DNA of 33,024 nt from Deltaproteobacteria bacterium RIFOXYD12_FULL_50_9 (GTDB lineage Bacteria > Desulfobacterota > Desulfobulbia > Desulfobulbales > CALZHT01): the NCBI GenBank assembly GCA_001799225.1, contig MGTA01000167.1, positions 19,725 to 52,748 of the forward strand, written 5' to 3'. Below the pieces are notes generated by a model, which worked only from the letters and a program-made list of their open reading frames with translations, searched no databases and was not told the origin of the DNA. Positions 17,074 to 25,496 of the stretch are shown here, piece by piece (the first letter of the stretch is position 1; each line of letters begins with the position of its first letter). A program made the position numbers and the translations under genes.

Positions 17074-17943
17074 CTATTTGATCCTGTCGAATCGTATCTG
17101 GGTGATTTGCTCTGATATAAGTCCCATCATGAATATGATGATGGAAGTGGTCAACAGCAGGGCCGACATATTCGAAAAACGGTGGGAAGTTATGAAGGTG
17201 TAAAGATAGTAGAGTATTCCGGTACTGAAGAAGAAAAAACTGATTGGCAGAAAAATCCGGAGAGGGGAGAAAAGTGTAGCGATTTTTGTGATAATCAGAA
17301 AGAAGCGAGGGCCATCCTCCAGCAATTTTATTTTGCTTTTGCCGCCTCTTTTTATTGTTTGAATAGGAACAAACTTTATGCTTCTGCCACTACGAAGATA
17401 AGATATGGTTAAGGTCGATGGGTATGAAAAAGTATTTGGCAGAAGGTAAATATAGTCCAGAACGGTCTCTTTTTTAACAAGACGAAAACCGGAGGTTAGA
17501 TCGTCAATTTTGAATTTTGTAACGTAGCCGGCCAGCCAGTTATACAATGTATTAGCAATATCACGATGAACTGATGTCTCGGATTGCCTGGTCCTGGCGC
17601 CTATTACCATATCGAATTTATCTTTGTGCTCAAGCAGCCTGGCGATGTCTGCCGGGTTATGCTGACCATCGGCATCCATCATGATGACCCAATCGCCGGA
17701 AGCGCAGCGCAGACCGGTTTTAATGGCCGCGCCATTTCCAATATTGTACGGGTGTGGCCAGACATTGGCGCCGGCGGCCATGGCTATTTGAATAGTGTTA
17801 TCAGTTGAGGCGTCATCGACCACAAGAATCTCGAAGTCAGGGTAAAGGGCTTTGAGATTTTTAATAGTTCCACCGATGTTTTCCGCCTCGTTAAAAGCTG
17901 GCAGGAGGATGGTGATTTTTTCGAAGTTCTCTTGAGTTGTCAT
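17074..17943 (-). CDS. GT2 polyprenyl-phosphate glycosyltransferase (GtrB/ArnC/DPM1-like)
   Basis: 289 aa. The N-terminus is ILLPAFNEAENI...ILVVDDASTDNT, with the DxD segment MMDADGQHNP. It has two C-terminal hydrophobic helices (FFLIITKIATLFSPLRIFLPISFFFF and LLLTTSIIIFMMGLI). Confidence 0.88.
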   Translation of the reverse strand: MTTQENFEKITILLPAFNEAENIGGTIKNLKALYPDFEILVVDDASTDNTIQIAMAAGANVWPHPYNIGNGAAIKTGLRCASGDWVIMMDADGQHNPADIARLLEHKDKFDMVIGARTRQSETSVHRDIANTLYNWLAGYVTKFKIDDLTSGFRLVKKETVLDYIYLLPNTFSYPSTLTISYLRSGRSIKFVPIQTIKRGGKSKIKLLEDGPRFFLIITKIATLFSPLRIFLPISFFFFSTGILYYLYTFITSHRFSNMSALLLTTSIIIFMMGLISEQITQIRFDRIK

Positions 17944-18016
17944 GATTATGTTCCAAACGAGTTGATTGGCAAATTAGTTAGTGCTGTGACAGTTAGCTTT
18001 ATGTGTGGAATGTGTG

Positions 18017-20131
18017 TCAGTTCTTGTTTTTATCCCTCAGTTCACAAAGATCGGCATAAAGCTGTTTCATTTGTTGGTCGTCCGGTACAGTATCTAAATA
18101 TTTTTTACATATTTTTATGGCGATGGGTAGAAGTTCAGGAGAGTCGGTTTTTAAGCAATAATCAACATATATTTGTGCTATCATTTTAATTGCATCGTGA
18201 TTGTTACGATCTTGATCAAGAATAATCGAACACTCCTTTGCCGCATTATATAAGTAGCCATTTTGATAAAAATTTTCTGCCTTTTTTAGCCTTTCTTCCG
18301 TACTTTCTGTTTGTTCAGGTAAAGTTTTTGGGAGTTTTTTGTGTTGGCGTAAATCATATATGGTAATGACTCGCTTAAATTTTGGGAATAGCCGACTGTA
18401 TATTACCGGCCCTGGTTGCGGGAGAACAATACCACCAAAGGCCAGATCAAAAAGTAGTGGGCGGGCGATTGCAAGTTCAGTACTGTCGGCAAGCAACAGA
18501 TCGCCTTCATGGTTATCGATTTTTTGTCTTAACTCCTCGTAAGTTTTCGGTAGACTGATCGCTTTTCCCTTTAGGTAGTAAGCCATATATGGCTTATAAC
18601 TTATGACCTTTACACCTGGGAAAGCCAATTGCCGATCCTGCAAATATTTAGCGACTTCAAGTTGGCCGGCGGAAAATATTAAAGAAGGTTTGGCTGAAAG
18701 CAGATTTATTTTTTGAATCGTAGGCCATTCCTGAGAAAATATTATGCCAACCATCATCAATGGAACAATAATTGGACTTGCGATTGTTTTAGATAGTGTT
18801 TTTGACTTGATTTTGCCATCAAATATTTTTTTAGCCCAATCCCAACTCTGGCAAATTCCTTGTCCGCAAAGTATTAAGGCGGGAAGAAGAATAGGAAACA
18901 TATAGCGATGGTCTACCATATACGCCGACACTAACGCATAGAGGATAATAATAGATATAATCCAGCTAAGCAGATATAATTCTTTCCAATAATCCCTCCA
19001 AGAACCGATATGAATTTGATAGACAACAAAGATTAGGGCCAGTGAGAGCCAACCAAGTGAGGAGTAGCCGACTCCTTCGAGAAAAGCTTTAAAGTATGAC
19101 CAGCCGTTTGTTGCCAGTTTACTGCTGATAAATGAAAGCTTCTCTAATGGACTCTGGCTTTGAATTGTTGTTACGTTCGTCTCTGCGCCCGGGAGTTTGA
19201 AACGGTCGTATTGGTCACCGCCTTCATGAAAAATAGCAGTTACAATTTTGGCATTATTCGCTTGGTAAGTTAACCCCCACTCGCCGGTGCGGAGTTTGAT
19301 GGCCATAAGGTGGGGCATAACAGTAAGCATAAAAGTACAGAGCATTAATGCCACCAGCATAATGGAGCGTCGGTAGGTGGAATTTTCTCTCAACAGAACA
19401 AAAGTGCTCCATATAAATACTAAGCAAATGGCGACAATACCTATTTCACGGGTGAGGTAGCTGAGCGCGGCACATATTCCTGTCAAAATAAAGAGGAATG
19501 GTCTTTTTGTATTTATGGCCCATAGTCCTGCTGCTATGGTACTGAACAAAAGAAACGTAAATGTTGATTCGGTAAGCGCTGGAGATGCCCATTGGAGGGC
19601 AAACGGGTGAAAAGAAAAGAGGGCAATAGCAATCAGGCCTGAAGTCTGTGAATAGAGATGACGTCCGACCAGATAGAGGGGAATAAAGGTAAGCATACTC
19701 ATCGAGAGCGAGACCCATATCCCGATTCGTTCTATCTCAAACGGTAAAAAAGAAAATGCTGCTATTAACATCGGGTAGAATGGTGGAAGGCGTCGCGAGG
19801 TTAAAAAGCCGGCATCCAGATCATAGTCACTTTGGAAATATGTTGAAGTCTGTATCTCTTTGGCCAGACTGAAATACAGTGTTGAATCTGGAAAGGTAAT
19901 TAGAGGGTCCCATCTGGTAGTCGAGACCCGAAGAAAGAAGCCGATCGCTAAAATAGCAAGAAATAATAGGATTGGCAGGTTTTTTGAATTATGAATCTGT
20001 TCAAACATATGACTCGTCTTTGTGTATAGAGGACACTGTTGATCGTTAGAAACCTGACTTGCAGGGTAAAAACAGGTTGATAAAACAAGAAAAATGGCTA
20101 ACCACTCGAAAGAAAAACGAAAGATGATCAA
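18017..20131 (-). CDS. GT-C glycosyltransferase, PMT_2/ArnT-like, with a C-terminal TPR-like tail
   Basis: About 470 aa of polytopic membrane domain, with first-loop FPDSTLYFSLAKEI and RRLPPFYPMLIAAF typical of family 39/83-like enzymes. A soluble domain and a TPR-like end follow (AENFYQNGYLYNAAKECSIIL...). The start is ambiguous: TTG at 20131 (track) or ATG at 20008 (MFEQIHNSKN...). Confidence 0.78.
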   Translation of the reverse strand: MIIFRFSFEWLAIFLVLSTCFYPASQVSNDQQCPLYTKTSHMFEQIHNSKNLPILLFLAILAIGFFLRVSTTRWDPLITFPDSTLYFSLAKEIQTSTYFQSDYDLDAGFLTSRRLPPFYPMLIAAFSFLPFEIERIGIWVSLSMSMLTFIPLYLVGRHLYSQTSGLIAIALFSFHPFALQWASPALTESTFTFLLFSTIAAGLWAINTKRPFLFILTGICAALSYLTREIGIVAICLVFIWSTFVLLRENSTYRRSIMLVALMLCTFMLTVMPHLMAIKLRTGEWGLTYQANNAKIVTAIFHEGGDQYDRFKLPGAETNVTTIQSQSPLEKLSFISSKLATNGWSYFKAFLEGVGYSSLGWLSLALIFVVYQIHIGSWRDYWKELYLLSWIISIIILYALVSAYMVDHRYMFPILLPALILCGQGICQSWDWAKKIFDGKIKSKTLSKTIASPIIVPLMMVGIIFSQEWPTIQKINLLSAKPSLIFSAGQLEVAKYLQDRQLAFPGVKVISYKPYMAYYLKGKAISLPKTYEELRQKIDNHEGDLLLADSTELAIARPLLFDLAFGGIVLPQPGPVIYSRLFPKFKRVITIYDLRQHKKLPKTLPEQTESTEERLKKAENFYQNGYLYNAAKECSIILDQDRNNHDAIKMIAQIYVDYCLKTDSPELLPIAIKICKKYLDTVPDDQQMKQLYADLCELRDKNKN

Positions 20132-20173
20132 ATCTAGAAGGAATCTCTTTGGAAGTCAAAGCAAAAATCATGA

Positions 20174-22300
20174 TTACCGCCAGGTGTCTCCTCCAACTTC
20201 CCATATCTGATAGTTTGGCGTGCTTTGCAACACAGGTTTAAAATATTCAGGGGGCATTGGAGTTTTTAGCCAGAATAGATTGTTAAAGAGACGCTGCCCG
20301 GAGTCTCTGCTTAAAAGTAGTGCCATATTTTGCTCAGAAAAGATATCGAACTCATAACTGCCGGCGGAATTTTCAAGTTGAACAGGGTGAGGGGGATAAT
20401 CATACCGAGAAATTTTTTCGGTGGTTCTAAACAGTGCCGAGGTGATGGGAGTTGGCGCTCCTGAGAGATTGACAACTCCGGTTTGGAGGTCGGCATGCAT
20501 GGTTCCACTCTTGTTTGTTACATTTAAACCTTTAATAATAATATTTTTGAACAGCTTGCCTGGCAGTGGCGAGACTCCGGTTTGCTTATTGATATCCCAG
20601 GTACCTAAGAAGACGATCCAGTGATTTACCTGCATTAGTCCCCAATCCAGAAAAAGATATACAGGCCTGGAACGGGGCGGAAAAAGAAAGGTAAGCCACC
20701 CCCCAGCCGGCATGTTTGCCTGAGACAAGTTAAACTTTTTAAGAATTATGGAAGCTTCCTGCGGACCGGCAGCCATGATTCTTTTCAGGAGTTCGTAGCC
20801 GGTGGCGCGATCTTTGCCAACGGACTGATAAAATAGATTTATTCCCGGCGTGCCATGTCTGACATAAAATTGAATGAAGTTAGCGGCCAGACGCGGATTT
20901 TCAGTGGCTAATGGCATTGAGTTGTAAACAGACTGTTCGCCGCTATGTGTTTGTCCGTCGCAAGTTGTTCCTCGATTTCCCCAGTAACTTAGAGGATAGC
21001 CATTGTCACAAAAAGTCCAGACAATCGCACCAGCAGGAGTGACCCGTTGCAGTTGCGACATGCCGGCGATGCTCGCCCCTGGGAAGGGCATGGCGAATGC
21101 AGCCTCCCCCTTGTACGAGGTCCAGGAAGCATAGATAATCAGGCCGGGAATAATAAGGTACTTTGTTTTGCGGAGGCTGACGGGTCTGCATAGTTCGACC
21201 ATAAAGAAACCAAAACCAAGTGCAATCACTGGTGTGATAAAGATCATAAACCTATCTGCAGCAAAAGCCAGCAGGGCCAGGAGAATTGGCATGATGAGAA
21301 ATAAGCTCTGCTTTGAGTGACGTGCGAAAAGCAAAATTAAACCTGTCAGGCTTATTCCGAAGAGAAGCCAGCTGCCGGTGGATCTGGCAACGAACAGAGG
21401 TAGCGATAGGCCCGCCTGTTCGGTAATCACTTTCCCCATGGGCGGGAAATCATCTTTGCCGGGATGGATTATATAGTGATAGTAATTTTGAAATTTATGA
21501 AATACCGAATTTGCTGGATTGAACTCTTGCCATGTCACGGCTATTAAGGAGATGGCGACAACAAACAGGATAAATTTTTTTGCTTCAGGTCCAGGCGGAC
21601 GATAGAAATAGACCAGGGCCGTGGTGAATGGCACCAGGAAAATAGCCAATACCACATACGGGGCCTGATCCCACCACCATAAAAACAATATTAGAGTTGC
21701 TACCGCAGAGATCAGATAGTAATAACGTTTCCGGCCGGTTTCAGTTGCAAATTTAAGTAAGAAGAAGACAATTGCCATTAAAAGGGTGGGATTCAGGCAG
21801 TCGGTATCATATTGACCAAAAGAACTCCTGGCAAGGTGGGCATTAGAGATAAGACTAAAAGCCGCAGCCGTAAGTCCCATGATAGTTCCACCCCATAATT
21901 TGCCAAGACAATACGAAGGAATAGCAAGCATTACACCTAATACGGCTGGAAGAACAACCGCAACCCAGTTTAACGAAAAGGAACTTGCCCTGGAGATAGC
22001 AGCGGTCATCACAGAGAGCAAAGGCGGTGGAAAAGGTCGAGGTGGGTTGGCAGGTACGGAACGGAGTTCGTCAACGGTATTATAGCGATTGTTAACGAGA
22101 TCCTGAGCAAGACGCAGGTAATAATAGCCATCGCCGGTAGCAATTAAAGGTTCTTCGTTATGAAATGCCTCTGAGGCGTTGGTGCGCCAATCCTTTAGGT
22201 CATCCAGGCGTATTACCAGACCCCAAAGAATAATTATACCAAGGGCTAAAGCTTTTAGGAGTCTTTGATGTGCAGGATTGTCAGTCAAGGGCATTGCCAA
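20174..22300 (-). CDS. STT3/PglB-family oligosaccharyltransferase homologue with a non-canonical WWDYG region
   Basis: 708 aa. It aligns by eye to Campylobacter lari PglB. ATGDGYYYLRLAQD matches TNDGYAFAEGARD. RSSFGQYDTDCLN matches RTMSGYYDTDMLV. VITEQ matches the TIxE motif. IVWTFCDNGYPLSYWGNRGTTCDGQTH matches [26 protein letters not shown]. The start is TTG 22300 or ATG 22294. Confidence 0.85.
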   Translation of the reverse strand: MAMPLTDNPAHQRLLKALALGIIILWGLVIRLDDLKDWRTNASEAFHNEEPLIATGDGYYYLRLAQDLVNNRYNTVDELRSVPANPPRPFPPPLLSVMTAAISRASSFSLNWVAVVLPAVLGVMLAIPSYCLGKLWGGTIMGLTAAAFSLISNAHLARSSFGQYDTDCLNPTLLMAIVFFLLKFATETGRKRYYYLISAVATLILFLWWWDQAPYVVLAIFLVPFTTALVYFYRPPGPEAKKFILFVVAISLIAVTWQEFNPANSVFHKFQNYYHYIIHPGKDDFPPMGKVITEQAGLSLPLFVARSTGSWLLFGISLTGLILLFARHSKQSLFLIMPILLALLAFAADRFMIFITPVIALGFGFFMVELCRPVSLRKTKYLIIPGLIIYASWTSYKGEAAFAMPFPGASIAGMSQLQRVTPAGAIVWTFCDNGYPLSYWGNRGTTCDGQTHSGEQSVYNSMPLATENPRLAANFIQFYVRHGTPGINLFYQSVGKDRATGYELLKRIMAAGPQEASIILKKFNLSQANMPAGGWLTFLFPPRSRPVYLFLDWGLMQVNHWIVFLGTWDINKQTGVSPLPGKLFKNIIIKGLNVTNKSGTMHADLQTGVVNLSGAPTPITSALFRTTEKISRYDYPPHPVQLENSAGSYEFDIFSEQNMALLLSRDSGQRLFNNLFWLKTPMPPEYFKPVLQSTPNYQIWEVGGDTWR

Positions 22301-22311
22301 AGTTTAGAAAC

Positions 22312-24714
22312 CTATTGTGGGGCATTTATTGTAGCAGGTTTAGTTTTCTCCAGTTCAAATTTATTGTCCGGTTGGATCTTGGCAGTCTTAATAAAATTTT
22401 CATATTCGGCCCAGTCCGGATGACCAGGGTAGTTGGCCAGAAGCCTGCTGAACATGATTGCTGCTTGTTTATTGTTATTTTGTTCCTGGTAACAAAGGCC
22501 GGCCAGTTCAATTAGCGGGAAAAAGTCCAGCGCCGAATTTAAATAGTGTTTTGTCAGTTTTAACGCTTCATCGGTTTGGTTTGTTTTAAGTCGCCAGCGG
22601 GCTAAATAATAACCAGCGACAGGGTCTTGCGGCTCAAGGCGGGCAGCCTCTTTTAGAAAATATTCAATAGACCCTTCTAAAGGGTGGTACGATTTTTCTA
22701 TAAAACCGGCCAGGAAAAGATACGACTTGAACCGGAAGTTGTGTATTGACACTGGCCTGTTTGCAAGATTTACCGCGTTAATCGCCCTTTTGTTTTTTTC
22801 GAGCGCATTTTCTAAATTCCTCTTAATCTCTAACGTTGCTATATCATTCGGATCCTTTTCCAGGGCCATTTTCAGGTATTGTTCAGTATTTCGGTAATCT
22901 CGTTTGGCAAAAAGCGTTCCGGCAATTTTACGATGAACGGCAACCGGTTTATTCTCTAACTCAAGTTGCAGGCGTCCCTTTTCACTGGTCATGGCCTCCA
23001 GCAATAAGGCTTCCATAGCTCCTAAGGCAATTTTTGCGTCAGTGGTGCCCTTAACTAAAGCAGCATATGAAAACGCTTCAAAGGACGCCTGCAAGTTGCC
23101 GAGTTTCCAGTAAGCAGTTCCCAGATTTAACATTATCCTTTGAAAGCCATCCCAATTGATCCCCTTGGGTCTCTCTTTTATATATTTTTCTGCCCGGTCA
23201 GCGGCCTCCTGGAACTTCCCCTGTTCCCTCAAGATGTTTACAATGTTGTTGGCTGCCTTCAGATACTCTTCATAGTTGTTCTTTCCCAGAGCTATTGTTT
23301 GCTCCAGAGTGGCCAGACCCTCTTCATATCGACCTGATATTGCCAATATAACGCCTAAATTGTTCAGCACTCTTGGTTTATTTGGGGATTTTTTGGCACA
23401 ATCCTTCATAAGAGTGTATTCATCCTGCCAAACGGTATTGCGGATAGATGTGAAAGTAGTCAATACGCAAACAATAATTACAGTTCCCAAAAATATTATC
23501 TGCTTTAATTCTATGTCATTTTTTGCTGAAATAAATCGTATACCTATGTCGACCAGCGCGATCATAACAATAAAAAAGCCCAGGGAGGGCAGGTAAAGAC
23601 GATGCTCAAAAACAAGTTCCAGGCCGATAATGGATGATTCCAAAATCAGATTCAGGAAAAAAAACAAAATGCCAAATGATATTAGTTTGTTATGTCGACT
23701 AGCTTTGAAAGCGATCCATAAAAGAGAAGCGATAAACAGCAGTGCGAGAAGGGTGGTCGGGGGTGCCAATAATGAATGAGAAATAGTAAAGTCATGCTCA
23801 AGGTTGAAACGACCTGGCAGCGGAAATATAAGCAGAGAGAGGTAAAAAACGATTACCCGTAGTTCTGTCAACAATCTTTCTGAAATAGTGAAATGCCTGT
23901 TTGAGAAAGTTTCGTAAATCGTCGAGAGATTCGCATAAAGCAAGGGCAAAAGCAATAGAATAACAATGGCCAGACCAAGAAGTTGCTGCCATCTTATTTT
24001 GGCCATGATATTTTTGCCAAGCTCGGGTGAAATAAAAAGCATCTCAACCAATAATAGCGCTAAGGGCAGAGTAAAGGAGTTTTCCTTGGATAAGAAGGCG
24101 CACAGCGCAAAGATGATAAAGCCAACCCAGGCAATATAACGTTGCGGTTTTGAGATATTGATCCGGCCCCAAATATAACAAGTAAGGGCGGCAAAATAGA
24201 ACAGGGCAACCAATGACGCCATTCTTTGCACCAGGTAGGTAACGGCATTTGTCTGCACCGGGTGCACGGCCCACAAGGCGGTAACGAACAGGCTGAAGTA
24301 TTCCGGCGCAATAAACTTCAGAGACCTCTTCGCTATTAAAGTTGAACATAAGGCGCGCATTAAGAGATAAACAGCAGTAGTCGACAGAATATGAATAAGG
24401 ATGTTGGTTAAGTGAAATTGCTTAACACTCCCCTTGCCTATCATGTGATCGATTGCAAAGGTGAGGAGGGGAATTAAACGTCCCAGGCCGAAACGTGTTG
24501 AGGAGAGCTTTTGCAGGGACTCAAGTGAAAAATTATCAATATAAACTTTAGGCTCGTCAATGAAAGTTGCTTTATCATCAAGCACTAGAGGTGAATAAAG
24601 AGTATTGCTGTAACTGAGGCAAATAAAGCAGAGAACAAAAAGGAAAAGTACATGCGGAGATAAAGAAGTAATTCGAACCTGCCAGGAATGGTTTTTATCC
24701 TTTTCTGTCATCAT
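22312..24714 (-). CDS. Polytopic membrane protein with C-terminal TPR repeats, TMTC-like GT-C glycosyltransferase
   Basis: 800 aa. After TM1 comes NTLYSPLVLDDKATFIDEP, resembling the F-x-F/L-DD first-loop motif of TMTC/DUF1736-type GT-Cs. About 10-12 hydrophobic segments run to roughly residue 430, followed by about 350 aa of TPR-like repeats. The family assignment (about 0.6) is less certain than the architecture. Confidence 0.78.
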   Translation of the reverse strand: MMTEKDKNHSWQVRITSLSPHVLFLFVLCFICLSYSNTLYSPLVLDDKATFIDEPKVYIDNFSLESLQKLSSTRFGLGRLIPLLTFAIDHMIGKGSVKQFHLTNILIHILSTTAVYLLMRALCSTLIAKRSLKFIAPEYFSLFVTALWAVHPVQTNAVTYLVQRMASLVALFYFAALTCYIWGRINISKPQRYIAWVGFIIFALCAFLSKENSFTLPLALLLVEMLFISPELGKNIMAKIRWQQLLGLAIVILLLLPLLYANLSTIYETFSNRHFTISERLLTELRVIVFYLSLLIFPLPGRFNLEHDFTISHSLLAPPTTLLALLFIASLLWIAFKASRHNKLISFGILFFFLNLILESSIIGLELVFEHRLYLPSLGFFIVMIALVDIGIRFISAKNDIELKQIIFLGTVIIVCVLTTFTSIRNTVWQDEYTLMKDCAKKSPNKPRVLNNLGVILAISGRYEEGLATLEQTIALGKNNYEEYLKAANNIVNILREQGKFQEAADRAEKYIKERPKGINWDGFQRIMLNLGTAYWKLGNLQASFEAFSYAALVKGTTDAKIALGAMEALLLEAMTSEKGRLQLELENKPVAVHRKIAGTLFAKRDYRNTEQYLKMALEKDPNDIATLEIKRNLENALEKNKRAINAVNLANRPVSIHNFRFKSYLFLAGFIEKSYHPLEGSIEYFLKEAARLEPQDPVAGYYLARWRLKTNQTDEALKLTKHYLNSALDFFPLIELAGLCYQEQNNNKQAAIMFSRLLANYPGHPDWAEYENFIKTAKIQPDNKFELEKTKPATINAPQ

Positions 24715-24729
24715 CTTGGATTTATTGTT

Positions 24730-24746
24730 ACCTGTTTTTAACAGGT
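24730..24746 (-). other. Small hairpin 15 nt upstream of the TMTC-like start codon
   Basis: ACCTGTT-TTT-AACAGGT forms a 7-bp stem. No Shine-Dalgarno is visible between it and the ATG at 24714. Confidence 0.4.
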
Positions 24747-24784
24747 TATTTTTTCAAGGAGTCATGGGCCGTATAAATACCAGT

Positions 24785-24815
24785 AAAAAACCCGACTCGT
24801 AAAGTCGGGTTTTTT
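24785..24815 (-). terminator. Intrinsic (bidirectional-looking) terminator after the pilin gene
   Basis: A6-CCCGACT-CGTAA-AGTCGGG-T6. On the minus strand the hairpin is followed by TTTTTT, 29 nt after the pilin TAA. Confidence 0.85.
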
Positions 24816-24843
24816 GAACTGGCTGCTGTTTGAATCAAGGGGG

Positions 24844-25302
24844 TTAATTTTCGCCGGACAACCCCAGTTTTTCTGCAAGGTTTCCACCTAACGACCACCT
24901 GGCTATTTTGCCGTCATTACCTGATGTTTGGGCAACTGCTGTCATTCTATAATTGTTTAATTTTTCCAATTTTTCACCAACTACACTGGTTATTGAAAAC
25001 GCAAACCCATTTACTCGCATAGATACACTATCCATATATGTCATGTCAGCCTCATCATCCATGAGACCAACGGTGGCAGCAGCCTGAGGAAATCTTTGAT
25101 GGGTGGAATAGTAGAGACCGAGGTTGGTTTGAAGCGAGTGCATGCCAGGAAAGACCAGGGAGGTAACCCTCGCTTTCTGGATGTAGTTCATGTAGGCCGG
25201 GATGGCAACTGCAGCCAGGATACCAATGATCGCTACGACGATCATCAACTCAATAAGGGTAAAGCCTTTTTCAGAATCTTGGGGTCGCAGCATCTTTAGC
25301 AT
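24844..25302 (-). CDS. pilA: Type IV prepilin (major pilin-like)
   Basis: ATG at 25302 lies 7 nt after GGAGGA. The leader is [13 protein letters not shown], followed by the class III signal [24 protein letters not shown] (G-1, F+1, E+5). The precursor is 152 aa and the mature protein 139 aa. The track ORF start at 25401 is rejected. Confidence 0.92.
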   Translation of the reverse strand: MLKMLRPQDSEKGFTLIELMIVVAIIGILAAVAIPAYMNYIQKARVTSLVFPGMHSLQTNLGLYYSTHQRFPQAAATVGLMDDEADMTYMDSVSMRVNGFAFSITSVVGEKLEKLNNYRMTAVAQTSGNDGKIARWSLGGNLAEKLGLSGEN

Positions 25303-25361
25303 AGTGGTTCCTCCTGAGGGTTTTAAGTTTTTAATGCTTTTCAACTTCGATTTTTTAGTAT

Positions 25362-25377
25362 TGCAGATATCGGGCCA
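25362..25377 (-). promoter_or_regulatory. Sigma-54 (-24/-12) promoter candidate for the pilin gene
   Basis: The minus strand reads TGGCCCG-ATAT-CTGCA against the consensus TGGCACG-N4-TTGCA. The GG and GC spacing is exact, with 2 mismatches. The -12 element lies about 60 nt upstream of the ATG. Confidence 0.55.
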
Positions 25378-25496
25378 TAATTCAAAGAAAATATTGTGCA
25401 ACGCATATTAACATCTAACTAGTTTGATTCATTAGTAAAAAAATGTATAGGCCTGACACGATAGGTTCCAGTTCAACTGTTTTTATTGGGGGCGCT

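Noticed and set aside
25381-25496. IHF binding site between the repeat cluster and the sigma-54 promoter
   Set aside because: The best candidate (minus strand AATCAA-ACTA-GTT) misses the TTR part of WATCAANNNNTTR by one position. Only the AT-richness is solid.
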